This document shows positions 52,940 through 63,684 of a stretch of 64,000 nt of DNA, in pieces (within the stretch, counting starts at the first letter, position 1; each line of letters starts with the position of its first letter). The translations under genes and the position numbers were made by a program. The stretch lies in assembly GCF_018350175.1 (NCBI RefSeq), contig NC_058381.1, forward strand, positions 56,854,001-56,918,000, in the 5' to 3' direction. The notes beneath the pieces are model-generated. The model was not told the origin of the DNA and ran no database searches. It worked only from the letters and a program-made list of their open reading frames with translations. This DNA comes from Felis catus. Taxonomy: Eukaryota.

Positions 52940-55900
52940 TGCAAGTGGGGGAGGGTCAGAGAGAGAGGGAGACACCGAATCTGAAGCAGGCTCCAGGCTC
53001 TGAGCTGTCAGCACAGAGCCCGAGACGGGGCTCGAACCCACAAATGGTGAGATCAGACCTGAGCCAAAGTCGGACGCTTAATCGACTGAGCCACCCAGGT
53101 GCCCCTGTCCCACTGTTTTTTGTCTCCTGGCATTATCGATGAGGGGTGTGTGGGTTGAGTAAATGGTTTAGAATTTTTGTTTGAGTAAGTAAAATCTAGT
53201 TAAGTACTCCTAAATTGTTTTCTTTCTTACAGGAAAGTCTCTTAAGTTATGTGTCACCAGGGAGATGCTCCTTCTTAGTATTACAACTGCTTATACAGGT
53301 AATGGGCTTCATGACGGGGTTTGGGTTTTCTGTTGCTGCATAATGCCAGTGAGGACCAAAAACAACCACTGTGTTATTCATTCTCACAGTTCTGTGCACT
53401 GACGGGGCTCAGCTGAATAGTTCTACTGATGGTCTTTTTTTTTTTTTTAATGTTTTTTTTTTTTTTTCAACTTTTATTTATTTTTGGGACAGAGAGAGAG
53501 AGAGCATGAACGGGGGAGGGGCAGAGAGAGAGGGAGACACGGAATCGGAAACAGGCTCCAGGCTCTGAGCCATCAGCCCAGAGCCCGACGCGGGGCTCGA
53601 ACTCCCAGACCGCGAGATCGTGACCTGGCTGAAGTCGGCCGCTTAACCGACTGCGCCACCCAGGCGCCCCTTTTTTTAATGTTTTTATTAAAAAAAATTT
53701 TTTTTTAATGTTTATTTTTTGAGACAGAAAGAGACAGCGCATGAACAGGGGAGGGTCAGAGAGAGGGAGACACAGAATCGGAAACAGGCTCCAGGCTCTG
53801 AGCTGTCAGCACAGAGCCCGACGCGGGGCTCGAACTCACAGACTGCGAGATCATGACCTGAGCCGAAGTCGGCCGCTTAACCGACTGAGCCACCCAGGCG
53901 CCCCAAATGTTTTAATTTTGAGAGAGAGAGAGAGAGAGAGGAAGGGGCAGGGAGAAAGGGAGACACAGAATCTGAAGCAGGCTCCAGGCTCTGAGCTATT
54001 AGCACAGAGCCCAACGCAGGGCTTGAACTCATGAACAGAACCGCGAGATCGTGACCTGAGCCGAAGTCGGACGCTTAACTGACTGAGCCACCCAGGCACC
54101 CCAGGACCAGGCTTTTCTTAATGCTTCGGCCTGGCACGAGCCCTGTGCCCCTTTCACTGCATTTCATTGGTGAAAGCATATCACAGGGTCAGCCCAAATT
54201 CAGTGTGGGAGAATTCTACACAGGGGTTGAAAACCGGTTCATCCCAACCAGTGATTTTAGGGCAAAATGGGGCACTCCGGAAAATAACCATGGGTAAAAC
54301 CTTGTAACTCTGTATAGATTCCATATACTTTCTAATGAAATGGAACAAGCTCTGTGGCTTAACCCTGAGAGTAGATGGAGCGCTCTGAGGTCTTAAGAAT
54401 GAGGAAATCGGTTTCCTTTTAAAAAAATGCCATCGGGGCGCTTGGGTGGCTCCGTCGGTTGAGCATCTGACTTCGGTTCAGGTCATGGTCTTGAAGTTCA
54501 TGGGTCTAAGCTCTGCCTCAGACTTGCCGCTCTCAGCGCAGAGCCTGCTTTGGATCTTCTGTCTCCCTCTCTCTCTCTCCCCCTCCCCCCACTCGCTCGC
54601 GCGCGCTCTCAAACATAAAACATTAAAAAAAATTTTTTTTGAAGGGCTGTCATGTTTTTAAAAAAAAAAAAAAAGATGCTGCAATGTGCCAGTGATTAGT
54701 TTTGCCTTTATGTGCATTGTATGTATAAACATCTTTTTCGGAGAAATAGAATAAATATTAAACATCTAATTCCGTTGCATCAGCTCTGTGGCTCTACGGG
54801 GGAGTAACCCGTCCCCCGAGGGAACTTTATCGTGTACATATATAGCTCAAATACCACCAGCCGCGGAGAAAACCAGGAAACGGAGGTTGTGGATGTGTAA
54901 CTAAATCTGATTTTTTTCCTCCAAAGGTCTGGAATTGACTTTCTTCTCTGGTGTCTACGGAACGTGTATTGGTGCTGTAAATAAATTTGGGACAGAAGAG
55001 AAAAGCCTCATTGGACTTTCTGGCATTTTCATTGGCATTGGAGAAATTTTAGGTTGGTTTAAAACTGTGGGTTTTCGCATTAAACCCGTTGGTTGTAGTC
55101 ATCAGAGGTACTGTAAGTGTATTTCATTCACTTCCTTGTCTTCGTGTTTTAGTTTCCTTGCTTAGTTCTACTCACGTCGGTATGTCCTTGTTTTTTTATT
55201 ATCGTTGTTCTAAAACGAGGCAGTTGCCATGTGATTCACAGACAGAACCGTAAATGGGAAAACACATCCAGTCTCTCTCAGCTTTTTCTCTTAAGACACT
55301 TCGGGAAAATGTCTCGGAATCCCTGACTTTCTTGTCCTTCTGAATCTGACACCAGCTGGATGTCCGGCAAGATCATTCACTTCTAACTCTTAAGTACCGG
55401 AGTTTGCGTCCGACTCCCCAGGTCCGAGGGCTCAGTCCCACAAAGACGCCCTCACTTCAGACGCCACTTGTAAGTCCCAGGTCCCCAGGCTACCTACCTG
55501 CACTTCTGTCTGACTTGGCTATGAGTTGGGAGGTTCCCATGAGCCCCCAGGAAAATGCTGTACTTACTGTTAAAGCTTTTTATAAAGGATACAAATGAAC
55601 AGCCAGATGAGGCACATGGGGCAAAGTCCAGGAGGGTCCCGAGCGTGGGAACCTCGGTCCCCATGGAGTCAGGGTACATTACCCTCTCAGTACGTGGATG
55701 CGTCCACCAGCCAACCAGGCTAGCTTTCCCAAACTTGTCGTTGAGGGGTGTTTATGACTTTTCATCAGCGAGGCAGGGTTGATGATATCATTGGCCAATG
55801 GCGATCGAAGTGGATCTCCAAACCCCCCTCACCTCCCCTGAGCTTGGGGGCTGGCCCTGAAAATTCCAACCCTCAGATCAAGTCTTGGTCCTTCTGGCAG

Positions 55901-58900
55901 CCAGCGGGCATCCTGAAGCCGGCTGGCTACACCACCCCTAAACCCCCTGAAGAACCAACTCATTCGCATGAGCTCTGGTCCGGTCAAAAGGGAGGTACGA
56001 GGGAGCACAAACGAAAAACGTGCCTGACACCGAGGAGAGCCACAGGGTTCTAGGAGCTCTGTGCCAGGAAGCGGGGAGGAAGGGGGAACAAGGCAAAGAC
56101 CAGTGTGTGTTTTTCCTGGGCCACACTAGGGATTTCTCTTTTTATATATATTTTCAAATTCCAGTTAGTTAACATCCAGTGTCATACTTGTTTCAGGAGT
56201 ACAGTGTAGGGACTGAACACTTCCCTTCAGCTGCCCGGTGCCCGTCACAAGTGCGGCTATTCCGTATCGGGCAAAGGTCGTTGGAGACCTTCACCCGTGT
56301 ATCAGACATTGTCACGTACGAGGAACTTCCCAGATTCATCAGATAACTGTGCATCCATTGTACGAATAAAAGACTTCCTGTCCACGTGAAACTTAGGGCC
56401 TTGGGGAAAGACACAGACCATAAAAAAACACAGGACCCTTCGAATGGCCAACGGGGATCACGCTATGGAGAGAGCAGACTTGAGTGTTTTTTTGTTTCCT
56501 GCTTTGCTGCCCACACCTAGAACAGTACCAGGTATTTAGATGTATTTGAACATGGGGAATACAGTTCTATGGATTGTTCTCATGTTCCTGCTCATCCTAG
56601 TATCTGTGACGGTTCTGGGGTGTTTTTTTTGTTTTTTTGGTTTTGTTTTGTTTTTTACACAACTTTCTTGAGATATAACTCACATGCCATATATGTCCCC
56701 CACTTAAGGCGTCCAGGGCAGTATTTTCTAGTATGTTCACAGGGGTGTACAGTCATCACTACCCTCTAACTCTAGAACATTCTTATTGCCCTTCTCCAGG
56801 CAACCACTAATCCCCTTTCTCTGTACATTTGCTTATTCGGGATGCTTCATGGAAATGGAATCCTAGAACGTATGGTGTTTTGGGCCTGGCTTCTTTCATT
56901 TCGCAGAACGTTTCCAAGGTTCTTCCACATTCTAGCACATATCAGTATTCCATCCTTTTTTTTTCTCACTAGATAATATTTCGTTGCATAGATAGATCAC
57001 ATTTTACTTATCCGTTCATCTTTCGATGGACATTTGGGTTTCCACATTTTTGGCCGTTCTAAATAATACCGCCGTGAACATGTATGTATACTTTTTGTGT
57101 GAACGTAACGTTTTCAATTCTCTGGGGTATGTAACTAGGACTGGAATTGCTGGGTCGTATGACAACGCCACGTCCGACTGCTTTTTCTCCCCATGATGGG
57201 TCCTGTTTTCACGCCTCTTTGCTTGGGAACAGTGGGGACACCAGAGTCTGTGAACTTAACCTTGTGGGGTGCTGCCTGTTTTTTTATTCTCGTGAATATT
57301 CTCGAGCTTTGTTCTTGGCTACAGTTCGTTTACTTGGAAACAGTATGACTTTTTCAGGGCTTGCTTTTAAGGTTTGTTGGACAGGACCAGAGCAGGGCTC
57401 AGACGAGGGCTAATTATTCCTCGCTCCTGAGGGAAGACCTTTCTGTGCACACCCAGTGCCTGTGAGTCATAAGATTTCCTGTCTGGCTGGGGGGACGAGG
57501 CACTATTCCTGGCCCAGGGCGGGGCGCTAATACATCTAACCCTCCTGGATGGTTCTCTTGCGGGCCTCTGCTAATTTACTCACATTACGTGCTGATCGGC
57601 ACTTAGGGAAGACTCAGGGGGGACCCTCTGTAGGTCTCTGGAGTCGTCCCTCTGGGCAGCTTTCCCTAATGATAGCCTGTTCTGGAACTGCATAGCCACC
57701 CATGTATCCCCAGACCCTGACCTCTGGTCTCCTCCTCTCAGGGAGGCTGTGGGATCCACCTGCCTTCCCCACCCCTCCCTGCAGCCCAGCTTAAACCTCT
57801 CTCTCGACCAGCCGGTGGGCAGTAGCCGGGTTCACCTCCTTTGCTTCCTCCCCCATCTCAGAGATCACTGCCCCTTTGTCACCTCATAGCTTGTGTCTTC
57901 AAAATTATTACTTTTTTTTTTTTTTTTAGGCAGGTGGTAAATCTACTCCCTGTTACCCCACTGACCTAGAAGTCGGTTCTGACGTTTAAAATTTCTTCTG
58001 TTTCAACGGTTATTTTTTATTTTTAGTATCCGTGCTTTCTTTACCCCTTCATTAACTGGGCTGTTGGTTTATCGGTTTATTTTTTTCGAAGAATCAAAAT
58101 TTTGACTTATTAAATTTTTCTGTTCTCTACGTCATTGGCTCTGTAGGTGGAAGCCTCTTTGGCCTGCTGAGCAAGAATAATCGCTTTGGTAGAAATCCAG
58201 TTGTGTTGTTGGGCATCCTGGTGCATTTTATAGCTTTTTATTTGATATTTCTCAACATGCCTGGGGACGCCCCTATTGCTCCTGTCGAAGGAACGGATAG
58301 TACTGCTTACATCAGATCCAGGTATGGTGACTGTCATTTTATTTTATTTTTTAATGTTTGTTTATTTCTGAGAGAGAGAGAGACAGAGGGCAAGTGGGGG
58401 AGGGGCAGAGAGAGAGAGGGAGACACAGGAGTCGAGGCAGGCTCCGGGCTCTGAGCCCTCAGCACAGAGCCCGACGAGGGGCTTGAACTCACGAACGGCG
58501 AGATCATGACCTGAGCCAAAGTCAGCCGCCGAACCAGCTGAGCCACCCAGGCACGCAATGACTCGTTTTTCTGGTAATTCAAGGAAGGGTGGCAGGTCAC
58601 GGGTGGCTAGATATTTATAAAATGGAGAAGTTAATCATGATCTGAAAATCTGTTATCTTTATAAGGCGACCTGTCAAATGTTGAACCGGAATTAGTTTAA
58701 ACAGGAGCTCATAGGAAGAATCCCAAGCTCTTTTTGAAATGGTCGATTTTAACCTTTCAACGCACCTAAATGTTTTTCTTGATCTGTGAAAGAGCCTATA
58801 AGTACCTGATGTGATTTCATGTGTCTGCTCTCTGAGTGGTGAGAGTGGTGAGGAGAAGGGTCATCGGCCAGCCGGGTGGGCCGTCCAGTCCGTGCGTAGC

Positions 58901-60496
58901 TGGTTTTGTCCGTTTTGAGGATCTCACTGTATTGCCATCAACTCAGATTCATTGTAGATGTAGACATTTGGGTCCAGATCCACCATCCAAGGCCGGCCCT
59001 GCCCAAACACAGTGTTTGCTCCCAAAGAGTTAATTGTCCAGCGTTTGCCAGACCCTGAAGTTGAGCGTGTCTGAGCATAAATTCTTACTCTGGGGACTCC
59101 GGTATTTACTTCTTGTCCCATAGTGCGTAAAACTTGAAAGTGAGATGCTCTTGTGGGGCAGTGGCTTTTCCACTTGAAATGGCTCCAGCAAGTATGGTCA
59201 GAACGCTCATTCTGGATCCATTTTCCTTTTATGCAGCAAAGAGGTCGCTATCTTCTGCAGTTTCCTGTTGGGTCTTGGGGACAGCTGCTTCAATACCCAG
59301 CTGCTCAGCATCTTAGGGTTTCTCTATTCGGAAGACAGCGCTCCAGCCTTCGCGATCTTCAAGTTTGTTCAGGTAATCTCTTCTCCACACTGGCCTTAAG
59401 TGGACTCCCCTTTTTTGTTTAGTGCTTTCAACCTTGTTTTTTTTTAATGGTTCTTAAATGACAATCAGGGACAGCCTGTCAGGTATTTCTGATTGGAATT
59501 AGGAGGCAGAGAGGAGTGTGATTTAAGAGATTTTACACTCTGGTCTTTAAAGTTTTGTTTGCTTGTTTGTTTGATTTTGAGAGCAAGAGAGAGAGCATGA
59601 GCGGGGGAGTGGCAGAGAGAGAGGGAGGAAGACACAGAATCCAAAACAGGCCCCAGGCTCTGAGCTGTCTGCAGAGCCCGACGCAGGGTTCGAACTCACA
59701 GACCGTGAGATCATGACCTGAGCCAAACTCGAACGCTTAACTGACTGAGCCACCCAGGTGCCCCATTTTACGCTCTGGTCTTTCCGCTCAGATGAGAGGC
59801 TTCCTGCCTTAGATACCCAAATTCCTTTGTAATATAGACAAGCATATTTCTGCTGCATATGTACATTATTTTATTACTCAGTTTCTCACAAGATACTTTT
59901 TTTTTTTTTTTTTTTTTTTTGAGAGAGAGGGAGGACACAAGCAAGAGAGGGGGGCAGAGGGAGAGAAAGAAGATCTCAGGCAGGCTCCACACTCAGCGCA
60001 AAGCCTGACCCAGGGCTTGATCTCACGGCCCTGGTGTCATGACCTGAGCCAAAATCAAGAGTCAGACACTTAACTGACGGAGCCACCCAGGCGCCTCCCA
60101 AAACACTACGTTAAATGACAGGTTGCAGCTTACTTGGTTGGTAACAGCTCTCAGCGGGAGTAGGTGGTGTGTGTTTGCGAGCTAGTGACGGATGAAGTCC
60201 TATCTGGATGCAGGAAGGGCAGGTGCGCCGCCGGTCACAGAAAGAAAGCCAGGGGGCGGAGGGTGGTGGGCCCCTTGTGGCGCCGTGGGGCCATCTGTGT
60301 GCATTTTCTGACTCGTCTTGTTCTGTCTCAGTCCATTTGCGCAGCCGTGGCATTTTTCTACAGTAACTACCTTCTCCTTCACTGGCAACTCCTGGTCATG
60401 GTGATATTTGGGTTTTTTGGAACTATCTCGTTCTTCTCCGTGGAGTGGGATGCCGCTGCCATTGTAGCCCGGGGCTCTGACTACCGAAGTATCTGA
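35556..60496 (+). CDS. MFSD11: MFSD11 (UNC93-like MFS membrane protein), 13 coding exons, 1350 nt, 449 aa
   Basis: MSPESKKLFNIIILGIAFMFMFTAFQT start; exon lengths 96,56,108,80,97,59,145,41,66,126,175,136,165, all GT-AG and in phase; ends ARGSDYRSI*. Confidence 0.97.
36207..36262 (+). CDS. MFSD11: MFSD11 coding exon 2
   Basis: QTVIRSLNSTDFHGSGYT; CAG acceptor, GTAC donor. Confidence 0.93.
37785..37892 (+). CDS. MFSD11: MFSD11 coding exon 3
   Basis: MAIIYGVFSASNLITPSVVAIVGPQLSMFASGLFY; CAG acceptor, GTGAGT donor. Confidence 0.94.
37983..38109 (+). mobile_element. Short CAN-SINE variant (no CT body)
   Basis: tRNA-like head, GGGTGTAGAGATTACTTAAA, A tail. Confidence 0.8.
38430..38645 (+). mobile_element. 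CAN-SINE
   Basis: TSD AATGAGTAGGTCACG. Confidence 0.92.
38808..38887 (+). CDS. MFSD11: MFSD11 coding exon 4
   Basis: MYIAVFIQPFPWSFYTASVFIGIAAA; TAG acceptor, GTAAGC donor. Confidence 0.94.
39006..39102 (+). CDS. MFSD11: MFSD11 coding exon 5
   Basis: LWTAQGNCLTINSDEHTIGRNSGIFWALLQS; TAG acceptor, GTAAT donor. Confidence 0.94.
39320..39520 (-). mobile_element. MIR
   Basis: TACAGATGAGAAAACAGAGGC core. Confidence 0.65.
39568..39683 (+). mobile_element. Short CAN-SINE variant
   Basis: TSD TTCAAAAGTGAG. Confidence 0.82.
40341..40399 (+). CDS. MFSD11: MFSD11 coding exon 6
   Basis: LFFGNLYIYFAWQGKTHIS; CAG acceptor, GTTTG donor. Confidence 0.92.
40892..41036 (+). CDS. MFSD11: MFSD11 coding exon 7
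   Basis: SDRRTVFIALTVISLVGTVLFFLIRQPESENVLGEDESSDDQDLEVN; CAG acceptor, GTAAG donor. Confidence 0.94.
41112..41943 (-). mobile_element. Cluster of four reverse CAN-SINEs (about 41128-41338, 41339-41538, 41540-41733, 41819-41943)
   Basis: Repeated GAGCCACCCAGG(C/T)GCCCC-type ends and T tails. Confidence 0.88.
42889..43110 (-). mobile_element. CAN-SINE, young-looking felid subfamily
   Basis: TSD AACACCTGTTCTTT; shared diagnostic variants with the 53460 copy. Confidence 0.9.
44040..44555 (-). mobile_element. ERV solo-LTR-like element (family not resolved)
   Basis: CTTAGCTGAGACCCCCGTAATAAAAGA motif and TGAAG start on -; by resemblance only. Confidence 0.45.
45051..45728 (+). mobile_element. 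Three head-to-tail CAN-SINEs (45051-45250, 45283-45500, 45512-45728)
   Basis: Three heads, bodies and A tails. Confidence 0.9.
46066..46106 (+). CDS. MFSD11: MFSD11 coding exon 8 (41 nt)
   Basis: SAQNTMAKAVDAF; CAG acceptor, GTAAGT donor; phases fit neighbours. Confidence 0.9.
46500..46630 (-). mobile_element. MIR
   Basis: GAGGAAACCGAGGCTCAGAGA...CCCAAGGTCA core. Confidence 0.7.
47940..49330 (+). mobile_element. Old L1 remnant interrupted by CAN-SINEs (48055-48299 +, 48849-49047 -)
   Basis: ORF2-like peptide FLGLEETILKSLWKQKCLRIAKSIFEK; CCCAGCAATTCCAC motif. Confidence 0.65.
49338..49415. repeat. Imperfect (TA)n microsatellite
   Basis: Read directly. Confidence 0.85.
49445..49650 (-). mobile_element. 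CAN-SINE
   Basis: Full reverse copy. Confidence 0.9.
49715..51370 (-). mobile_element. L1 (L1M-type) 3' UTR and decayed ORF2; second L1 3' piece from about 51120
   Basis: Frameshifted ORF2 peptides (EINSAVYSQWVFNKGA, IKPLEENTGANLCDPG, EWEKILANHI, GGNVKWCS). Confidence 0.85.
51472..52407 (+). mobile_element. Three + CAN-SINEs (51472-51673, 51683-51884, 52183-52407)
   Basis: Heads, CT bodies, A tails. Confidence 0.88.
52879..53105 (-). mobile_element. CAN-SINE
   Basis: TSD CTGTCCCACT. Confidence 0.9.
53233..53298 (+). CDS. MFSD11: MFSD11 coding exon 9
   Basis: KSLKLCVTREMLLLSITTAYT; CAG acceptor, GTAAT donor. Confidence 0.92.
53435..54102 (-). mobile_element. Three reverse CAN-SINEs inserted into an MLT1-like LTR (flanks about 53325-53430 and 54103-54235)
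   Basis: Three SINE ends; flanks contain TCTCACAGTTCTG and CAGCCCAAATTCA MLT1-like motifs. Confidence 0.85.
54436..54632 (+). mobile_element. CAN-SINE
   Basis: Head, body, tail. Confidence 0.85.
54927..55052 (+). CDS. MFSD11: MFSD11 coding exon 10
   Basis: LELTFFSGVYGTCIGAVNKFGTEEKSLIGLSGIFIGIGEIL; AAG acceptor, GTTGG donor. Confidence 0.93.
55300..56125 (-). mobile_element. MER21-like ERV LTR
   Basis: GGGCTCAGTCCCACAAAGACGCCCTCACTTCAGACGCC and TTATAAAGGATACAAATGAACAGCCAGATGA signatures. Confidence 0.7.
56640..58110 (-). mobile_element. Old L1 fragments
   Basis: CAGGCAACCACTAATC...GATGGACATTTGGGTT...GGAATTGCTGGGTCGTATG L1 3' motifs. Confidence 0.7.
58147..58321 (+). CDS. MFSD11: MFSD11 coding exon 11
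   Basis: GSLFGLLSKNNRFGRNPVVLLGILVHFIAFYLIFLNMPGDAP...YIRS; TAG acceptor, GTATG donor. Confidence 0.94.
58337..58554 (-). mobile_element. CAN-SINE 16 nt downstream of the MFSD11 exon 11 donor
   Basis: Full reverse copy. Confidence 0.88.
59237..59372 (+). CDS. MFSD11: MFSD11 coding exon 12
   Basis: KEVAIFCSFLLGLGDSCFNTQLLSILGFLYSEDSAPAFAIFKFVQ; CAG acceptor, GTAAT donor. Confidence 0.94.
59552..60098 (-). mobile_element. Two reverse CAN-SINEs (59552-59764, 59897-60098)
   Basis: TSD TTTTAC(A/G)CTCTGGTCTTT around the first. Confidence 0.88.
60332..60496 (+). CDS. MFSD11: MFSD11 coding exon 13
   Basis: SICAAVAFFYSNYLLLHWQLLV...GSDYRSI*; CAG acceptor. Confidence 0.94.
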   Translation, partial: SICAAVAFFYSNYLLLHWQLLVMVIFGFFGTISFFSVEWDAAAIVARGSDYRSI

Positions 60497-61122
60497 TCCG
60501 GGGCCCCTCCGGGCGGCACAGCCGGACGACGGCCCGGCTGACGTAGCCACCTGTCGTCGCCGCCGAGTATTGGACGGTATTCAGTACGGAAAATCAAGGA
60601 ATTAAGACTGCTCGATCTGCCAGGGTTGGTATTCAAGTTTACAGAGATCAGCTATTTAAAGCAAGCAGAACGAGGGGGGGCTCGTTCTGTTCATTATAAT
60701 TGTTCAAAGATGTTGTTTTTCCATTCATCTGTCTCAAGTTCCTTATAATCATGTTAGAGAATGTAAATGTTTTCTTCTCCCTCCTGTTCTCTTTGAGAGA
60801 TCCTGCCCCGATTCAGGATACGAGGCCATATGTCATATGAAGATCCTTGCTGGGTATGGAGTATGTGCTACTATGTAATAATAGGAGCGTATGCTCACCC
60901 CACATGTGCGTCTGGGAATGACATTTAAATAAATCGTGAGATGCTGGCGTGGGATCTTTGACAAGATTTGCACTTTCTTCCTCCCTAAATGTTTTGTTTT
61001 GGTAAGTTGTCCTACCTTGTCATTCATAGCAAGGACTGGCTAGTTATTATAAAATGAGGTGAGAATTGTCGAAAGTCTTAAAAATGAATCTAACGTGTAA
61101 ATGAACAAAAATGCATTGAAAA

Positions 61123-61144
61123 CACACACACACACACACACACA
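61123..61144. repeat. (CA)11 microsatellite
   Basis: Read directly. Confidence 0.9.
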
Positions 61145-61344
61145 TTTACCAGAGGAGGATTTTGGCTAGTATCGTCCTAGAAGATGCAATGCAAAAAAAA
61201 AAAAAAAAAAAAAGCGACAGCAGTTCTGTGGTAGCAGGGCTCCCGTCACAGAGAGCAGACACCACGACTAACGCCGTACGGCTATTTGGTGAGACGCTTA
61301 AATGGAAACATTAACTTTCCTCCATGAGAGATTGCTTGCGGCTT

Positions 61345-61610
61345 CTTTCTAATTGACATATGATTCAGAAACCATGGAATTCACCATTTGAAAGTGTAGT
61401 TTCGTGGGTTGTTGTTGTTTTTTTTTTTTAAGTCTATTCACAAAGTTGTACAGCTATCACCACGATCTAATTCTAGAACATTCTCATCACCCCAAAAAGA
61501 AACCCCACGCCTTTTCGCAGTCATTCCCCATTGCCTGGGTTAGCACTAGCAAACCTTCCAGTGCTTTCCGTCCCTCTAGATTTGCCTGTTTGGACATTTC
61601 TTACGAACGG
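61345..61610 (-). mobile_element. L1 3' fragment
   Basis: ATTCACAAAGTTGTACAGCTATCACCAC...CCCCAAAAAGAAACCCC motif. Confidence 0.7.
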
Positions 61611-62021
61611 GAGAGCTCACTTTTAACTGATGGTTTACTGTACAAATGAAGTTTTACGGCAGGGTCCGTTCAGCCAAGAGGACAGATGATTCCTTGTTTC
61701 CTCTTGTTTTTTAAAAACCTGCGAGAAATTTAGAGATGTTTATAGTTGGCATACAAACCCGAAGAAATTCGATGGAGTATGATTTTCAGACCGCAGGGAG
61801 TCAGAAACCCTTGGAGTTAGCCAGAATCCTTAGAGAAATTTAATTCATGTGGAGCACTGCGCTCCTTTGTTCCTGGTTGTATAAAGTTCTAGTTTTCTTT
61901 CTCCAGGTTGAGATAAATTCCATTGTTCGTTGATGCTACATAAATAGTTTGTAAGTGCCATTTCAGAATTAATACAAATGATTTTGCGGTCTCCTTACGC
62001 ACATGACCGCCGACCCAGGTG

Positions 62022-62490
62022 TAGGAGTTTTCTATCGTGGTGTAACAAATGACCCGAAAACTTGGCCACTTAAAACCGAGCACGCTTGCCATCTCACGGT
62101 TTCCGTGGGTCAGGGATCTGCGTGGCTAGGCTGGGTCCTGGGCTCAGGGTCTGTCACGGGGCTGGGTTGGGCTCAGCTGGGGAAGGACCCTCTTCTCAGC
62201 TCACTGTTGCGGTCGTTGGCAAGAGCCCGCGCCTCGCAGGCCGCTGGATAAGGGTCTTCATTTCTCACTGGCTGTTGGTCGAAGGCCACCTCTCTCGTTC
62301 CTCGTTTAGGGCGCTGTCTTCATCAAAGAAAGCAAACGAGAAAAGCCAGGGAATGCTAGCGAGACAGAAGTCAGTCTTTTGTAACTGCATCTCTAAAGAG
62401 ACAGTCTCTTATCCAAGGGGAGTGTTACTCAGGGAGGGAGTACCACGAGTCAGGGACCCTCCGGGACCATCGCCATCGTCCAAGGCTGCT
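62022..62490 (-). mobile_element. MLT1-like MaLR LTR
   Basis: TGTAACAAATGACCCGAAAACTTGG...TCTCACGGTTTCCGTGGGTCAGG signature. Confidence 0.65.
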
Positions 62491-62807
62491 TATCGAACCC
62501 GGCTTAGACTCTTACAGTTAAGCTCACACTGGGCCCTACGTTCCCACATCCCTCGCCCCATTTGTTCCTGATGGGTCTGCACGATGAGGCTGGCGGAGGT
62601 TAAGTAGCTTCTGTGAGCGACACAGCCTGCCCTCATCCAAGAAAGCCTCTACGTCTCATCCCCACTAGGAGGATTCCTGGGAACTCAAGAAGGAAATGAA
62701 ATGGAGGGAGGTGCGTGGCCAGGAACGTGACTTCCGGGCTGGGTCCCACGGATCTGTGTGGTTCACAATCAGTTTCCTGGGGTCTGGCTTTTACTCAGTT
62801 TCTTCTG

Positions 62808-62840
<33 letters not shown>

Positions 62841-62942
62841 ATACATAGTGTCGATCTTGGTGGTCTCTCTAGACGATGGGTAACATGAAGCTCCTCTTTT
62901 AAATTTTTTTCACTATTTGAGCTAAAAAGGAAATGTGAATGA

Positions 62943-62948
62943 AATAAA
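62943..62948 (+). terminator. Candidate MFSD11 distal polyA signal (a proximal AATAAA is at 60928-60933)
   Basis: AATAAA with U-rich upstream and GU-containing downstream sequence. Confidence 0.45.
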
Positions 62949-63227
62949 GAATTTAACTTTTATACGTGTCCCACGTAGTCTGTTAAATAACTTTATCTTC
63001 ATGTCTGTGGGCAGAAAAAATCTTAGCTCGGTTTCTCCTGGTGGGGCGTGTGCGCGTAAATTTGGATGTGCTGGTGTTTTATCGAACATTTCAAACGGTG
63101 TATATTGAAATTGGGTCAGACCTTGAGCAACCTTTCTTGAATCACAGATGTCTTCGCCCTTAGGATGAAGAACTCCCCTCCTCCTCCCTCTTCAGAGTTG
63201 TCCCCTACCCAAATGCTTGAGAACCCT

Positions 63228-63680
63228 TGGTGGGAATATAAAACGGTGCAGCCTCTGTGGACTAGTGGTTCCAGAAGAAACTAAAACTAGAATTACCATA
63301 TGACCCAGCAATTCTGTTTCTGGGTACGTACCCCAAACCACCGAAAGCAGGAACTAGGAACTTGAAGAGACACTTGTCCCATGTTCATAGCAGCATTATT
63401 TACAGTGGCCAAGAGGTGGAAACAACCCACGCGTCCATCGACAGATAAGTGAATAAACAAAACTGATGTGCCCACGTGGTGGGGTATTATTCAGATATTA
63501 GAGGGTGAGAAGTATCGGCCCTACAGCACGGATGAGCCTGGAGAACAGAATGTTAGGTGAAATGTGTGTGTCACCCAAGGACAAATACCGTGCAATGTCA
63601 CGTACGGGAAATACCTACAACAGTCAAATTTATAGAGACCGAAAATCGAAGAGTTGTTGCCAGGGCCCAGGCGGGTGAAG
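63228..63680 (+). mobile_element. L1 fragment (ORF2 end / 3' UTR)
   Basis: GAATTACCATATGACCCAGCAATT...ATGTTCATAGCAGCATTATT. Confidence 0.85.
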
Positions 63681-63684
63681 GAAT

